From Prorocentrum cordatum (Eukaryota): a DNA stretch of 54,504 nucleotides. Every line of letters begins with the position of its first letter. Position 1 is the first letter of the stretch. Location of the stretch: assembly GCA_963575745.1 (NCBI GenBank), contig CAUYUJ010000232.1, positions 62,001-116,504 on the forward strand, given 5' to 3'. Positions 25,994 to 37,424 of the stretch are shown here, piece by piece. A program made the translations under genes and the position numbers. Under the pieces are notes generated by a model. The model was not told the DNA's origin and searched no databases. It saw only the letters and a list, made by a program, of their open reading frames with translations.

Positions 25994-26570
25994 CTTCAAT
26001 GGAGCACCAAGCCCCCCTTCTGAAGAAAGTCCACCGGGGGCCCGTGCAAGCCCCAGAGGGGAGGCACGCGCAGGAGCAGCAGCGGGCGGGCCATTCTCTT
26101 TTACACCCCCCTTCGGCGCACGATCCCTGCCACTGAACAGCGGAGCAAACGCACGCGCCCGCGACCTCGCGCAGCGGTGCCCATCACCGCCCACGCTCGC
26201 ATGAAGACGCCGCGCGCTCGCCGCTCCGTGCCTCCCGCACGGAGTCCCTCCCGTCCACAGCGTGGGCATGGGGTGTGAGCGCACGTGGGGCCCAGAGGCC
26301 CCCCCACAGGCTTGTGAAGCCAGGTGGCCCACGTGCATCAGCTTCCCCGTGCCCATCCCTGCAGGACGGGGCGGCCCGGGGCGGACGGGACCCCAGCGTG
26401 CTACTGCCATGCCGCTGTTGCTGACCGTGCAGCGCCACTTCGAACAGGTCCAAGCTGAGGCGCGCTCGAGGTTTAGGTCTCTGCCGCTTTGCCCGAAGAT
26501 GTCGATGACGAGGGCGGAAGAGGAGAAGGAGAAGGAGGAGGAGGAGGAGGAGGAGGAGGAGGCGGAGCAC

Positions 26571-28290
26571 CAGTGTAAAACCAAAACCCATCAACGATGT
26601 TGAAATTAACCATTCCTCCAAACTCCTTCTTCATACGCCCCTACCAGGGTTCATGTCCACTGAGGGGAGTACCCCGTTGGAAGGCCGCCGTTGGAGGATC
26701 GTGAAGCGTGCCAAAATACCATTCTCGGGACCCCAGCGCCACGAATCAACCTGACCGTTGCGTCTTGGCGATCAGGAACCGTGCCAGAGCGCCATTCCTG
26801 GGGCTTCAACGCCGCGAATCAAGGCACCTGTGACGCCCTGACAGTCCCGAGTCGCCCCCACACGCAAGTTCTGGTACGTTGACGACCACTGGAGCCCGTG
26901 AAACATGCGCATATGCTTAAAACGAATATGCGGGGCGCTGAGGGGAGCGCCACATTTTAAAACGGAGCGCGCTCACTCCGTGAAATTCTAGACGCTTCGC
27001 GTATCCCCACCAGCCCGTCCAGAAACGACGCCCAGGCGAGTAGAGGGTCGTCCTGAGGGGCTTTTCGGCGTCTTGGGTGCCTCGGGGGGGCCTCTGTGGG
27101 CCGTTCGGGATCCTCTTTGGGGCCTCCTGGGGGCCTCTTGGGGCCTCTTGGGGCCATCTTGGGGCCTTTGGGGGCCTCCTGGGCGCTTCTTGGGGCCATC
27201 TTTGCCCCCTCAGAAGGCCAAAATGGGGCCCAAACCATAGTAAAAAGGCCTCTGGGAGCACCTTGGGTGCCTCTGGGGGGGGGGATCTGTCAAAGAAAGC
27301 GGAAGCACTAATTAGCGTCGCTCCTGGAAATCCTATAAAATCGCCTCCTGAACCGCTCTTGGAAGGCTCTTGGAGCGCTCTTGAGCGCTCTTTGCGCCGT
27401 CTTCGGGCTTTCTTGGGCCCTTCTTGGAGCTATCTTGAGCCATCTTGGAGCTATCTTGACGCCTCGGGTGGGCATCGGAAGCGAAAGCGCGAGAACGCCA
27501 AAAACATTGATTTTCCCTAGGGTTTTGAAACATTTTGGCTTCTTGGGGGCATCCGAGGGGAGCTCTAGTGGACACTTAGAGCCGTCTTGGGGCGGTCTTG
27601 GAGCGTCTTGGAGCATCTTCGGAACCATCTTGAGGCATCTTGCGCTATCTTGAACCATCTTGGAGGCGATCTTGGGCTCCCTGAGGCCCTCTTGGAGTCG
27701 TCTTGGCTCATCTTGGACGCTCCAACGCGTCGCGCCCCCCCCTGTCCAGGTCAGTGGGGAGGGGGTGGGGGGAGGGGTAAGCCCCTCCCCGAAGGGGAAG
27801 AAGGAGGGGTGGAAGAAGAAACGCTCTAAACCACCGACGCCCAGAGGGCTGGTGGGATTCTTGTTTTTTTAGACGAGCGTGCGCGGTGCTAAGGCGAGCG
27901 CCACCGTTTGAATACCGCCCGCCCTAAATATGAACAAGTCTGGCAATTTTTTGAGACGAGTGTGCGCGGAGCCGAGGCGAGAGCCACATTTTGAAAAGGA
28001 ACCGCCCTCAATCCGTGCAGTTCTTGTGCACTTGTAAGACGAGTGAGTGTGCGTGGCGCTAAAGCGAGAGCCACATGTTGGAAACCACCCGCCTGCAAAT
28101 TTTCAGCGCGAATGTGCGCGGGGCTCAGGCGAGAGCCTTTTGTTGGAAGCCACCCGCTCTCCTTCTGTGAACTTGTTGCCAATTTCTCAGCTTCAGGATC
28201 GTGACTTGCAAAGAAGTCTCAGGCGAAACGCCCAGCCCGCCCTTCCGACTGGCCTCGGGGTGCGACAGGGAGGAATTGATTATGAGGAAA
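26571..28290. repeat. Dispersed repeat with internal ~80-bp subrepeats (copy 1, split by a Helitron2-like insert)
   Basis: Begins AGTGTAAA.CCAA.ACCCATCAACGATGTTG and ends GGGGTGCGACAGGGAGG, like 36368-37060. Confidence 0.8.
26985..27859 (-). mobile_element. Non-autonomous Helitron2-like element, family A copy 1
   Basis: Asymmetric IRs (CCCACCAGCCC 27006-27016 / GGGCTGGTGGG 27846-27856), ACGC-TTC-GCGT hairpin 26992-27002; interrupts a satellite unit. Confidence 0.65.
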
Positions 28291-28712
28291 TGGAATGGAG
28301 GAGGGTGAATCATCTTTTTGGTTGAAGCCACGCTCGTCTGGAGGTCTGCAGGGGCTTAGGCTGATGGCTGACGGAAGAGGAGGATGAGGAGGACGGACGA
28401 AGGCGCAGGGAATGAGGAGTTGGACGACTGGGGGCGCCGAGGTGATGTCGTTCACCACGTACATTCTAGTCTACGGCGTGCAGCGGGGGATCATGAGCGA
28501 TTTCAAGCCAGAGGCGAGGATTTCCTCCCCCAGCCTCTCCCCCTCCACCGTCCTCCGCCTCCCACTCCCGCTCGCTATCCCCCTCCCCGTCTCCCGACAA
28601 CATGATGCAGAAGACCTCGTGAACTGGCAGAGTAAACGATGCCGAGTGATGGCCCAACGAGCGTCCGCATGGCGGAATGCTTCCCGTGTAGGCCCCCCCC
28701 CTCTTTCGATTA

Positions 28713-28883
28713 GACGTAAGAGTGACCTTTCGCCAGAGTGACCTTTGGTGCGAGCACAGATGGGCCCCCAGATGGCTGAAAACGAAGCAGGAGCAGCGGC
28801 TTGCGCGCCCAGGTTTTGCCCCCCCGCGGCCCCCGAAAAGCCGCGCACCAAAGGTCACTCTTACCCAGGGTCACTCTTGCGTG
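28713..28883. mobile_element. MITE with TA TSD (Tc1/mariner-like)
   Basis: ~40-bp imperfect TIRs, each with two AGAGTGACC copies; TA at 28711-28712 and 28884-28885. Confidence 0.75.
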
Positions 28884-30394
28884 TAGCCGACTCTTAAGCG
28901 CTGGACATATCAGGTTGTGCATTGGCACCTCGGAGTCACCCGCAACCATGGCACCCAGCACAAGCGCTCTTCGATTACTCCGGCGCACTCGGCGACCCGC
29001 CGAGTCCCCACCCGACGACTCTGCCGGGCGACGCCACTGCGATGCCAACGACCTCGCCTGGACCGCGTACAGTAGGGGCGTTGACCTAAGGAACCCTAGA
29101 TATGGAACGAGGCCCCTATTTTCCATAAGTTGAACTTCGATTTCGTATCGAAAACCTAAGGAAAATCCAAGGCCAGCTGCGAAACAATTAAGGAACACGG
29201 AGCCCCTCCCCAACGAAAAGGGTTCCTTCTTCAGGGCCCCGATTGTACGCCGCAGATCATCCAGAACAATGGCGCTCGCTTCTGCGCGTCCTCTCCAAGT
29301 TCCGAGCGCTACTGCCCCACGCGCCCCGCCCCGAGACGGCCTCGTTATCTTGACCGCACCGCAGATCCTTCTCTCACTCCATCCTTCTCTCTCTCTCTCT
29401 CTGTCTCTCTCTCTCTCTCTTTCTCTCTCCCGGCTGTCTCATTCTCTCGCTTCTTCCCTTCTTCCTCGCCCCTTCCCTCCATGCTCCTGTCCCTTCCTCT
29501 CTCCCTCGCTCCCTCCGTGTTCCTCTCCTCCTTCCCCTCCTTCCGAGGTTTTGTCCTCGTCGTTCTCCTTTGCGCTCACGCTGCTGGTGCTGGAGGCCGG
29601 CTCCTACCTCCCCTGGCGGCGAGCGAGCGCGGCGCTCCGCGGGAGTTCAGTGGCTCTGGTGAGAGGCGGGGTGAGACGGGGGGAGGGGGGGGATGATGAG
29701 GATGGGGAGGACGAGGAGGTTGAAGAGGAGGAGGAGAGGGAATGAGAGGTAGGAGGAGCGAGAGGAGCATGGTCATGATGCGGCCGTCGCTGGGGAGAAG
29801 AGTGGAGACAATGTTTTTTTTCTGGGTAAACGCATTTATTCTCTCGGGACTCGAACAACTGATTCCCCACATCCTAAGTGGGGTTCTTGTTTTCTCTGAA
29901 CACCCCGCGCAGGAACAGGAAGCCACCTACATCATCATACAGCTGCTTCTGATTGGTCTGGTCGTTGCAGTGGAGTGTACCGCAACCGCTGCGGCTCCAG
30001 TTTAGTTTGAGCGGCTCCATGCAAGATCTCGCCCACGCCCTCGGAGAAGCGGCGCGATGCGGAGCTCGGGCCTTGGGGGCCTCCATGGTGGCGAGGGCGG
30101 CTGCGCCGAGCTGCGGGGCGTGCGCGCCCCAGCTCACCTGGCCCTGCCATCCCCCGCGCGGTGCGCCTGCGCGGGCGCGGGCGGCCAGGTGCTTGGGCCG
30201 TCGTGCGGCGGCCTGGCGTTGGCCTGCGCCGCAGCTGCTCTGGTGACGGGGTCCGCGTGCGGCCCGCTCGGGGGGCTGCTGCTGGCGCGGCGCCCGGCAT
30301 CGCCTCCCGCGCCATCCGGGGAACCCGACTTCGAGGAGAAGGCACGAGCCCAAGTGAGGGCCGTTCGTGATCGCAAGTCCGCTGGGCTCCGAAT

Positions 30395-31690
30395 ATGGCC
30401 CTTCCAATGCAGTGGTGTTTCACAAGATATCGTGTGGGCGGAGCTGTCGTCTGGCACGAGAGGCTGATCGTTCTCCGTGGGCCAGGCGCGTCGCAATGTG
30501 TCATCGCGCCCGACGGGGACAGGTACGACGAGACGGCGGTGCCCGACGTGGACGTGGCGGGCATCACCATGCTGTGTGGCCAGGGCGAGCGTCCTCCTGG
30601 GCTGCGCGTGTGTGGCTTCAGGGCGCTGCCGGCCGCGGCGGACGTGCGGTCTGGCGTCGCGGAGGCGTCGGCGCTACACGGGCTGCCGAGGCCGCCATCG
30701 CCCGCCAGCGTGCCCGCCGCCATCGGCAACGCGGGGGGTCTCCCCGCTGGGCCGGTGCTGCTGCCCGACCCCGCGCCCGCGGCCCTCGGGCCGCCCGGAG
30801 CGCCTGCCGCCCCCGTTGGGGCGCCCGCGGCGGCCGCTTGCGCGCCAGGGTTGGTCGCTGGCCTTGCGCCCGCGGGTGGTGGAGGCGCGGTCGCCCTCAC
30901 TGGCCTGGGGGCGGCGCTTGGCGGTGCCGCGCCCCCTGCCGCACCCGCGGTCGGCCTGCCAGCGCTGCTCGCCCCGCCGCTGCCAGCTGCAGCGGCGCCT
31001 GCCGCCCTTGCCGCGCCCGCCGCGGCGCCCGCGGCGCCGCCGCCCGTGGTGGCCGCCGCTGGAGGCGCGCTGGCGCCTGCCGCTGGAGCCGCTGCTGGGG
31101 CGCCTGCGGCGAGCGCCGACCTCGGGGTCAACCCGATCACGATCGACATCAAGGGTGGTCGCTGGAGGGAGTTCCGCGACGGCACGAACCTCCACGCGAG
31201 CACCAGCTGGAGGGACTGGCCAGTGCGGGGGCCACGCACGGCGGCGTGGGCATGCGCCCACATCCAGCGGCAGGCTGGCTCCCCGTCAGCGTGGCGCACC
31301 GAGTGGATGACTGAGTGGCGGATGTTGGAGGACGATCCGATCACCAGGGAACGCGCGCTCCTCTGTCGCATCCTGGAACTGGTGGTGTGCTACGACCAGG
31401 TGAACGTGGGCGAGCTAGCGCGCCTGGAGATGACAACGACACGCCTCCAGCTTTGGAGGGGAAGGTCGTGGAACTCGCCTTCCGCCAGGAAGGCAACGAC
31501 CAGATGGGCAAGGACAAGGGCCAGGTGCTCGACGACAGGGTGGAAAACGACCTGTTCTTGGGCGCGCAGGAGAGCAGAGGCAGCGCGTGTGTCTGCCGGC
31601 TTTTGAGCACTTGGATTGCGGATGAGTTGAAGTCCGAGGCCACGGTAGCCAAGGGGCGCAGGAAAGCCTGCGAGGAGCGGGCGTCGCGCC
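30395..31690 (+). pseudogene. DIRS-like gag/ORF1
   Basis: Ala/Pro linker then WPVRGPRT...CRILELVVCYDQVN; continues after a frameshift as LFLG..RG..CV..L..WIADELKSEATVAKGRRKACEER. Confidence 0.6.
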
Positions 31691-31777
31691 AGTGGCCCTG
31701 CGCGCGCCTCAACCCTGGGGCAGGCCCCTCTTGCGAGGCTGCAGGGTATCGCGGGCCTGGAGCTGCTCAGCTTCGCG

Positions 31778-33910
31778 ATGGCGTTCGGCCACCTTGGGCG
31801 CCGGCGCGACATCTCTCCACTCCCTCGGCTTGCAGTCGACGTTTCGCGAGAGTTTTGTGTTTCTCGACGGTCTCGTCAGCGTTGTGATCGCGGGGCGGCT
31901 TGGAGGCGCTGGGCCAGCGAGTGCATGGGCAGTCTCAACGAGTTGAATGGCCAGCGCTATGATCTTCGCGTGGTGTCGGCGCCCGATGGAGCAGACAACC
32001 TGCCTCGGGAGTTCGCCCTCTCGCATATTGCCGAGGCATTTCGATCTTTTCCGTGGCTTGCCGATTTGGCAGTCGGCAGCGCTGCCGCGGAAGCCGTTTT
32101 GGAGGAGCTGCTCCGCAGCGCTCCTTGGCACTGTGATGGCGGTGCCACGGTTTGGCCCTGCGCCAAGGGCCTCGCGCCCTGGCCTGCTGCGGGGGCGGTT
32201 CCGACACCTTTGGATCAGATCTTCAGTCGGGCCTCCCGTGACAGGCTGGGGTCATGGAGGGCGAGTGCGCTGGTCTCCGAGTCTTTGGCAGTCGCCAGGC
32301 GGGGGGGAGGGCGGGGCTGGTCGAGCCCTGCGTCGGTCCTCTTCTTTTGGGCTGCCCCGGCCGCTACGCCGACTTCCTATGTCGGCTCGGGGCGGCGGGC
32401 GTGCTGCGGTTAAACCTCGGGGTGGTGTTCGACAGACGTATTGCCGATCTTTCATTCGTCGGGCCGGCTGGCGCGAAGCTGCCGACCAGCGCCGCGTGGG
32501 CTAACCTGGAGATCAGCTCCGACGTCGTCGGCCACTAGGCGCCAGCCGGCATCCAGTGCGCCTTCTGCCGCGCGAGGCTTCCAGAAGATTTTGTTCAGGC
32601 CTTCGCCCTGCCGTGTGCCGCGAATCGCGTGCTTCGCATAGGTAGCCCTCCACTGAATATCGATGTCGTTCCCGAGATTTTGGTGATGCCAGTGGGGGTG
32701 GAACTGGGCGTTGCGTTTATTTCGGGATGCTCTCACCAATATCATGTCGCGGGAGTCGCTTCATCGTGGGCGTGGCGCCTTCCTTGGAGCTGCAGCCCCC
32801 GTCGGATTGGGCTGCAGCGGCCCGTGGTCGCAGGCTCGAAGGAGATTTCCGACCGCGAGCTGCTGTCCATCTCAGGAGCGATCGCTCGTCACCGCTTTCC
32901 TGTGCATGAGGTGCAGGGCGCTCGCGTTTCCGTGATATTTACCGGTCTCGGGTTCTGCGGAGTTAAATGGAGCCATGAGAGTGCCATGCTCTCGTCTTGT
33001 CAGGCTTCGGTCGTGTATTCGATCTGTGCTCGGCCGTGGCAAGATGTCTCCCCGTTCCCTGTCTACGCTTGTTGGCCATATCGCATGGGCGATGCTCAGT
33101 CGGAGAGAAGCCCATATCAATGATGTCTGCGACATTCGCTTTTGCTCGTGGGAGGTCTTCGGAGCCGACGAGGTGAGGTTGTGGTAAGGGGTCCTTTTGG
33201 CTCCGCTGGGTCCAGTCTACGCTGCCGCTGCGGGCCTTGTCTTGGCGGCCCCGTTGGGCTGGCGCCGTCGCGGCGTCGGACTCTTCGGGATGCGGCGTCG
33301 GGGTCTGTCGTCGTCGCCTTCTTCCACGTGTCGTCGCTACCATAGGGCGTTTCGCCGCAAAAGGTGAGGTGCAAGTTCGCCGACGCTATCGCGGCCCGTC
33401 GGCATGCTCTAGGGGAACCCCTTCAGGGGTCCGAAGGGCCTCCTCATGTGGATCTTCAGGATCTTGTATTTAGGTGGATCTTGGTGAACCTGAGGGACAT
33501 GGTGATCTTGGAGGCTTCGCTGATGGCGCCGACTTCGTGAGCTCGCTGGCCGGAAACGCGGAGCCCCGCAGCTTCTCAGAGGTGCCCGACGAGATCTTCG
33601 ACGGCGTGTCCTGGAAGGTGGCGCGCTCTAGCAGGGTCTACATGCGAGGGGAAACATTTAGGAGTCTGAGGGGGATGCCATGGAGTTCGCGCTTCGCCAC
33701 CTGCTCAGGACAGGGTCTCTTCAGGGCCATCGTCTCCTCCCTCTCGTGGACAATTTGGCTCTAGCTCTCAGCGCGGGCAAGGGCCGTGGGCGCTCGGCCA
33801 ACCTCCCCAGGCCCTTGCTGCGCGTCGCCTCGCTGCTGCTAGCGACGGGCTGCCGCGCCTATGCGAGGTGGATCCCGTCGGAGCTCAACCCTCGGATGCC
33901 CCCTCGTGCC
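31778..33910 (+). pseudogene. DIRS-like RT/RNase H remnants
   Basis: VVFDRRIAD, GIQCAF..RLP, VMPVG (LPMG-like); RNase H ALRHLL...LVDNLAL..SAGKGR...RWIPSELNP(S)DAPS; many stops and frameshifts. Confidence 0.7.
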
Positions 33911-34090
33911 AAGGCTTCTTCGCGGGGCCGTTTTGGGAAGGCGCTCGCAGTGGCTCGGGCCGCCAGCCTGGCGTCGTCCCAGACTGGCCTGACGGTGTGC
34001 GGCCCGAAGCGGAAGCCTCCGCGCGCCTTCGTGCTGGCTCGGCAGAGGCTGCTGCCCTGGGCGCCGCTGTCGGCGCTGCGCGCAGGTCAT

Positions 34091-34470
34091 TTGAGCTTCC
34101 TGGAGTCGGCCGCCCTGACGGACGCCGCGGCGAAGCGCTGCGCGGCCCGCGCCCGCGGGCTCGCGAGCTGGCGCCAGTGGTGCGGTCTGTCGTGGAGCAC
34201 GTCCCAGGAGCTAGACGTGATCTTGACGGCCTTCCTGGTGCACCTGGCCCTAGACGGCTTCGACGCCGCGACGGACCGCGTTGCCGTGGCGGCGGTTCGC
34301 CACCTGTCGCCGGCGTTGGGGCCGCCGCGGGCGGCGCTGCCGAGGGCCTGCAAGGCGCTGGGTGGATGGGAGAAGCTGGGGCCGCCGTGCGTGCGGCTGC
34401 CGATCCCGCGGCGTGCGCTGATGGCGATCATCGGCGTGGTGCTGTCGGTGGGCCAGATCGCGTTCGCGCT
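34091..34470 (+). pseudogene. Tyrosine recombinase N-terminal (core-binding) fragment
   Basis: LSFLE...ELDVILTAFLVHL..DG...LPRACKALGGWEKLGP..RLPIP; homologous to the start of the YR at 44826. Confidence 0.6.
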
Positions 34471-35899
34471 CGAGGGCGCAGCCCTGCGAACGTCCTTCCC
34501 GCGGGAGATGCCTGCGATCGTGGCCTCGTCGTCTCGTGGGCCACGCCATTCTATGTCATGCTACGCGTTGATTTTCTACACCATGCTATGCCATGTAATG
34601 CTATGCCATGTTGCGACATCCGATTGTGCGAATAGAGAGGAGATCCACGCCCTGGCAGGGGATGGGAGGGAGGGGGTAGGACGTCAGACATGACGCGAGC
34701 GCACCTACCTTGTCCTCCTCCTCCTCCTGTTCCTCCTCCTCCTCCTCTCCCTCCTCCTCCTCCTCCTCCTCCTCCTCCTCCTCCTCCTCCTCCTCCTCCT
34801 CCCCTCCCTCGTCCTCCTCCTCCTCATCCTCCTCCTCCTCTTCCTCTTCCTGTTCCTGTTCCTCCTCTTTTTCTTCTTCCTGGTTTAGTGCGAGGGGTGG
34901 TGGTGGTGGTGGTGGTGGTGGTGGGGTGGTGGGGGGAGGAAGTAGAAGGAGAAGAGATGGTGGAATAGTGGGTAATGGGGCAAAGTGCGTGGGGTTGTGG
35001 TGGGATGGTGATGGGAGACGGAGAGGGGTGGGGGGAGGACTGACTGACGGCGAGAATGCACGGGAACAGGGGAAGGGAGGGGAGACGAGGACAGCGGGAG
35101 AAGGGATGTTGGGGAGGGGAGGGGAGGGAATGTGAGCGAAGGACAGGGGAAATGGGAAGGGGGAGTACTAGGGTAACGGCAATGGGAGGAGGGAGGGAGA
35201 GGACATGCGATGGATGGAGAAGGTGAGGGAGGGCAGGGCAGGGGGCAGCATATGGGAAGACGGACGTGGGATGGAGGGTTGGGAGGGAGGATGTCTCAAG
35301 TCGGGGGCTGCCAACCATCCAACTACACCAGTCGTGGCAGGGCTAATCCCCGAATCGTCGGTGTTGGCGCTACCAGATCCTTCCCCTCCTCCTCCCCCTC
35401 CTCCTCCTCCTCCTGTTCCTCCTGTTCCTCCTCCTCCTCCTCCTCCTCCTCCTCCTCCTCCTCCTCCTCTCCTCCCTCCTACGTTGGCGCCCTGGCGGGG
35501 TAATCATTGTCGCGGGTAACCACCGCGAGAGAGTTAGAGGCAGAAACACCAGGACACGCCAGCGCAGAGCGTAGGGACGAGTTCGTTCTAGGACGCCTTT
35601 TTATCAATAGATCCGCATCATCTCCCCCTGGAGCTCTCAGGACACTCCGTGGTAGATCCCCCCAGGAGACCGGCAAATTACAATAGAACGGCCGAAGGAC
35701 TGCCAGATCCCTCCCCCCTCCCGCTCCGCCTTTTTGGGCCAGGCGGCGGGCTCCAAGTGCCAAGCTTATAGCGGTCGGTCCCCCCCCCCTTCCTTCTCCT
35801 GAGCGATGAGCGTGCCTGCTGACGCGAGGTCGCCCTGGCCAAAGGCGGCTTCTACCTCGCAGGCGCTTGGACCGCCCCCCTCGCGCCTCCAGCCCCGAA

Positions 35900-36365
35900 G
35901 GTGGAGGAGGAGAAGGAGGATGATGATGAGGAGGAGGATGAGGAGGAGGAGGAGGAGGAGGAGGAGGAGGAGGAGGAGGAGGAGGATGAGGAGGAGGAGA
36001 GGAGGAGGAGGAGGAGGAGGAGGAGGAGGAGGAGGAGGAGGAGGAGGAGGAGGAGGAGGAGGAGGAGGAGGAGGAGGAGGAGGAGGAGGAGGAGGAGGAG
36101 GAGGGAGGAGGAGGAGGAGGAAGATAAGGAGTAGGAGTAGGAGTAGGAGTAGGAGTTAGGAGTAGTGAGTAGGAGGAGGAGGAGGAGGAGGAGGAGGAGG
36201 AGGAGGAGGAGGAGGAGGAGGAGGAGCAGGAGGAGGAGGAGGAGGAGGAGGAGGAGAAGGGGCAGGCGGGGCAGCATGAGGAGGAGAGGGGGGAGGATGT
36301 GGAGGAGGAGAGGGGGGAGGATGTGGAGGAGGAGTAGGAGGAGGATGAGGAGGAGGAGGAGGAGG
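35900..36365. repeat. (GGA)n
   Basis: Direct inspection. Confidence 0.95.
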
Positions 36366-36367
36366 AC

Positions 36368-37060
36368 TAGTGTAAACCCAAGACCCATCAACGATGTTGC
36401 TATAAACCCTCCCTCCAAGTTTCCTCTTCATACTTTCCTACACGGATTCATTTTCACTGAGGGAGATGCCCTCGTGGAAGACAACCGTTGGAAAATCCGG
36501 AATTGTTTCAGAACGCCATTTTTGGGGCTCCAACGCGGCGAATCACCGTTATTGTGCGTCTTGATGATCCTGAACCGTGCTGGAACACCATTCCTGAGAC
36601 TTCAACACCGCGAATCAACGTGATTGTTGCGCCTTACGTTCCGACATAGTGCCAACACATTGTTGTTGGGGCGTTAACCATGAGAATCCTTGAAACTGCT
36701 GCAAACTCTTAAGGCGAATTTGCGCGGTGCTACGGGGAGAGCAACATTTGAAAAGGAACCGCTTTCCATCCGTGAAGATCTCGCACACTTTCGAAACGAA
36801 TATGCGCGGCGCCAAGGCGAGAGCCAATGTTTAAAAGGAGCCGCCCTCCATCCGTGAAATTCTTGCGAACTTTTGGAGCGAATGTGCGCGGCGCTAAGGC
36901 GAGAGCCACATTTTGAAAACAGACCGCCTTCCATCCGTGAAACTGTCGCAAATTCTTAGCTTCAGGATCATGAGTTGTGTGAGAAAGTCTCATGCGAAAC
37001 GCCCGGCCCGCCCTTTCGACCAGCTTCGGGGTGCGACAGGGAGGGGTTATCTATCATGAA
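36368..37060. repeat. Dispersed repeat copy 2 (partial third copy ~44099-44420)
   Basis: Collinear similarity to 26571-28290; subrepeat TGCGCGGCGCTAAGGCGAGAGCCACATTTTGAAA. Confidence 0.8.
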
Positions 37061-37393
37061 AAGGAAATGAGGAGGAGGAAGAGCAGGAGGAGGATCGGAT
37101 CGGATTGGGTCGGAAGTCCTCGCGAGGGCCCCACCAGGGAGCCACAGCCGGGGGCGTGCAGCAGTATTCGAGCAACTGCAGGCCACGTGCCCGCCAAGGC
37201 GGGCGAAACGGATCAGGGAGCACAGGTGAAGCTCACCCAGTCCAAACAAATAGGGCCTATTGAAGGCCGTCGGCACGACAAGCCGAAGCAGAAGACGAGA
37301 ACCACCACCTAAAGCCCATTCCTGGAAGCGGACCTCCCCCTCGAGTCCAGCAAGGCGCCCCTGTACCCTGAGCGCGCCTGCCCGGTGTATCCG

Positions 37394-37424
<31 letters not shown>

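Larger units (their letters stand above)
30395..34470 (+). mobile_element. Decayed DIRS-like (tyrosine recombinase) retrotransposon, 3'-truncated
   Basis: Gag-like ORF, then frameshifted RT and RNase H, then the N-terminal half of a tyrosine recombinase. Confidence 0.75.

Noticed and set aside
29935..31371. 478-aa minus-strand ORF
   Set aside because: GC-rich antisense shadow of the DIRS-like gag.
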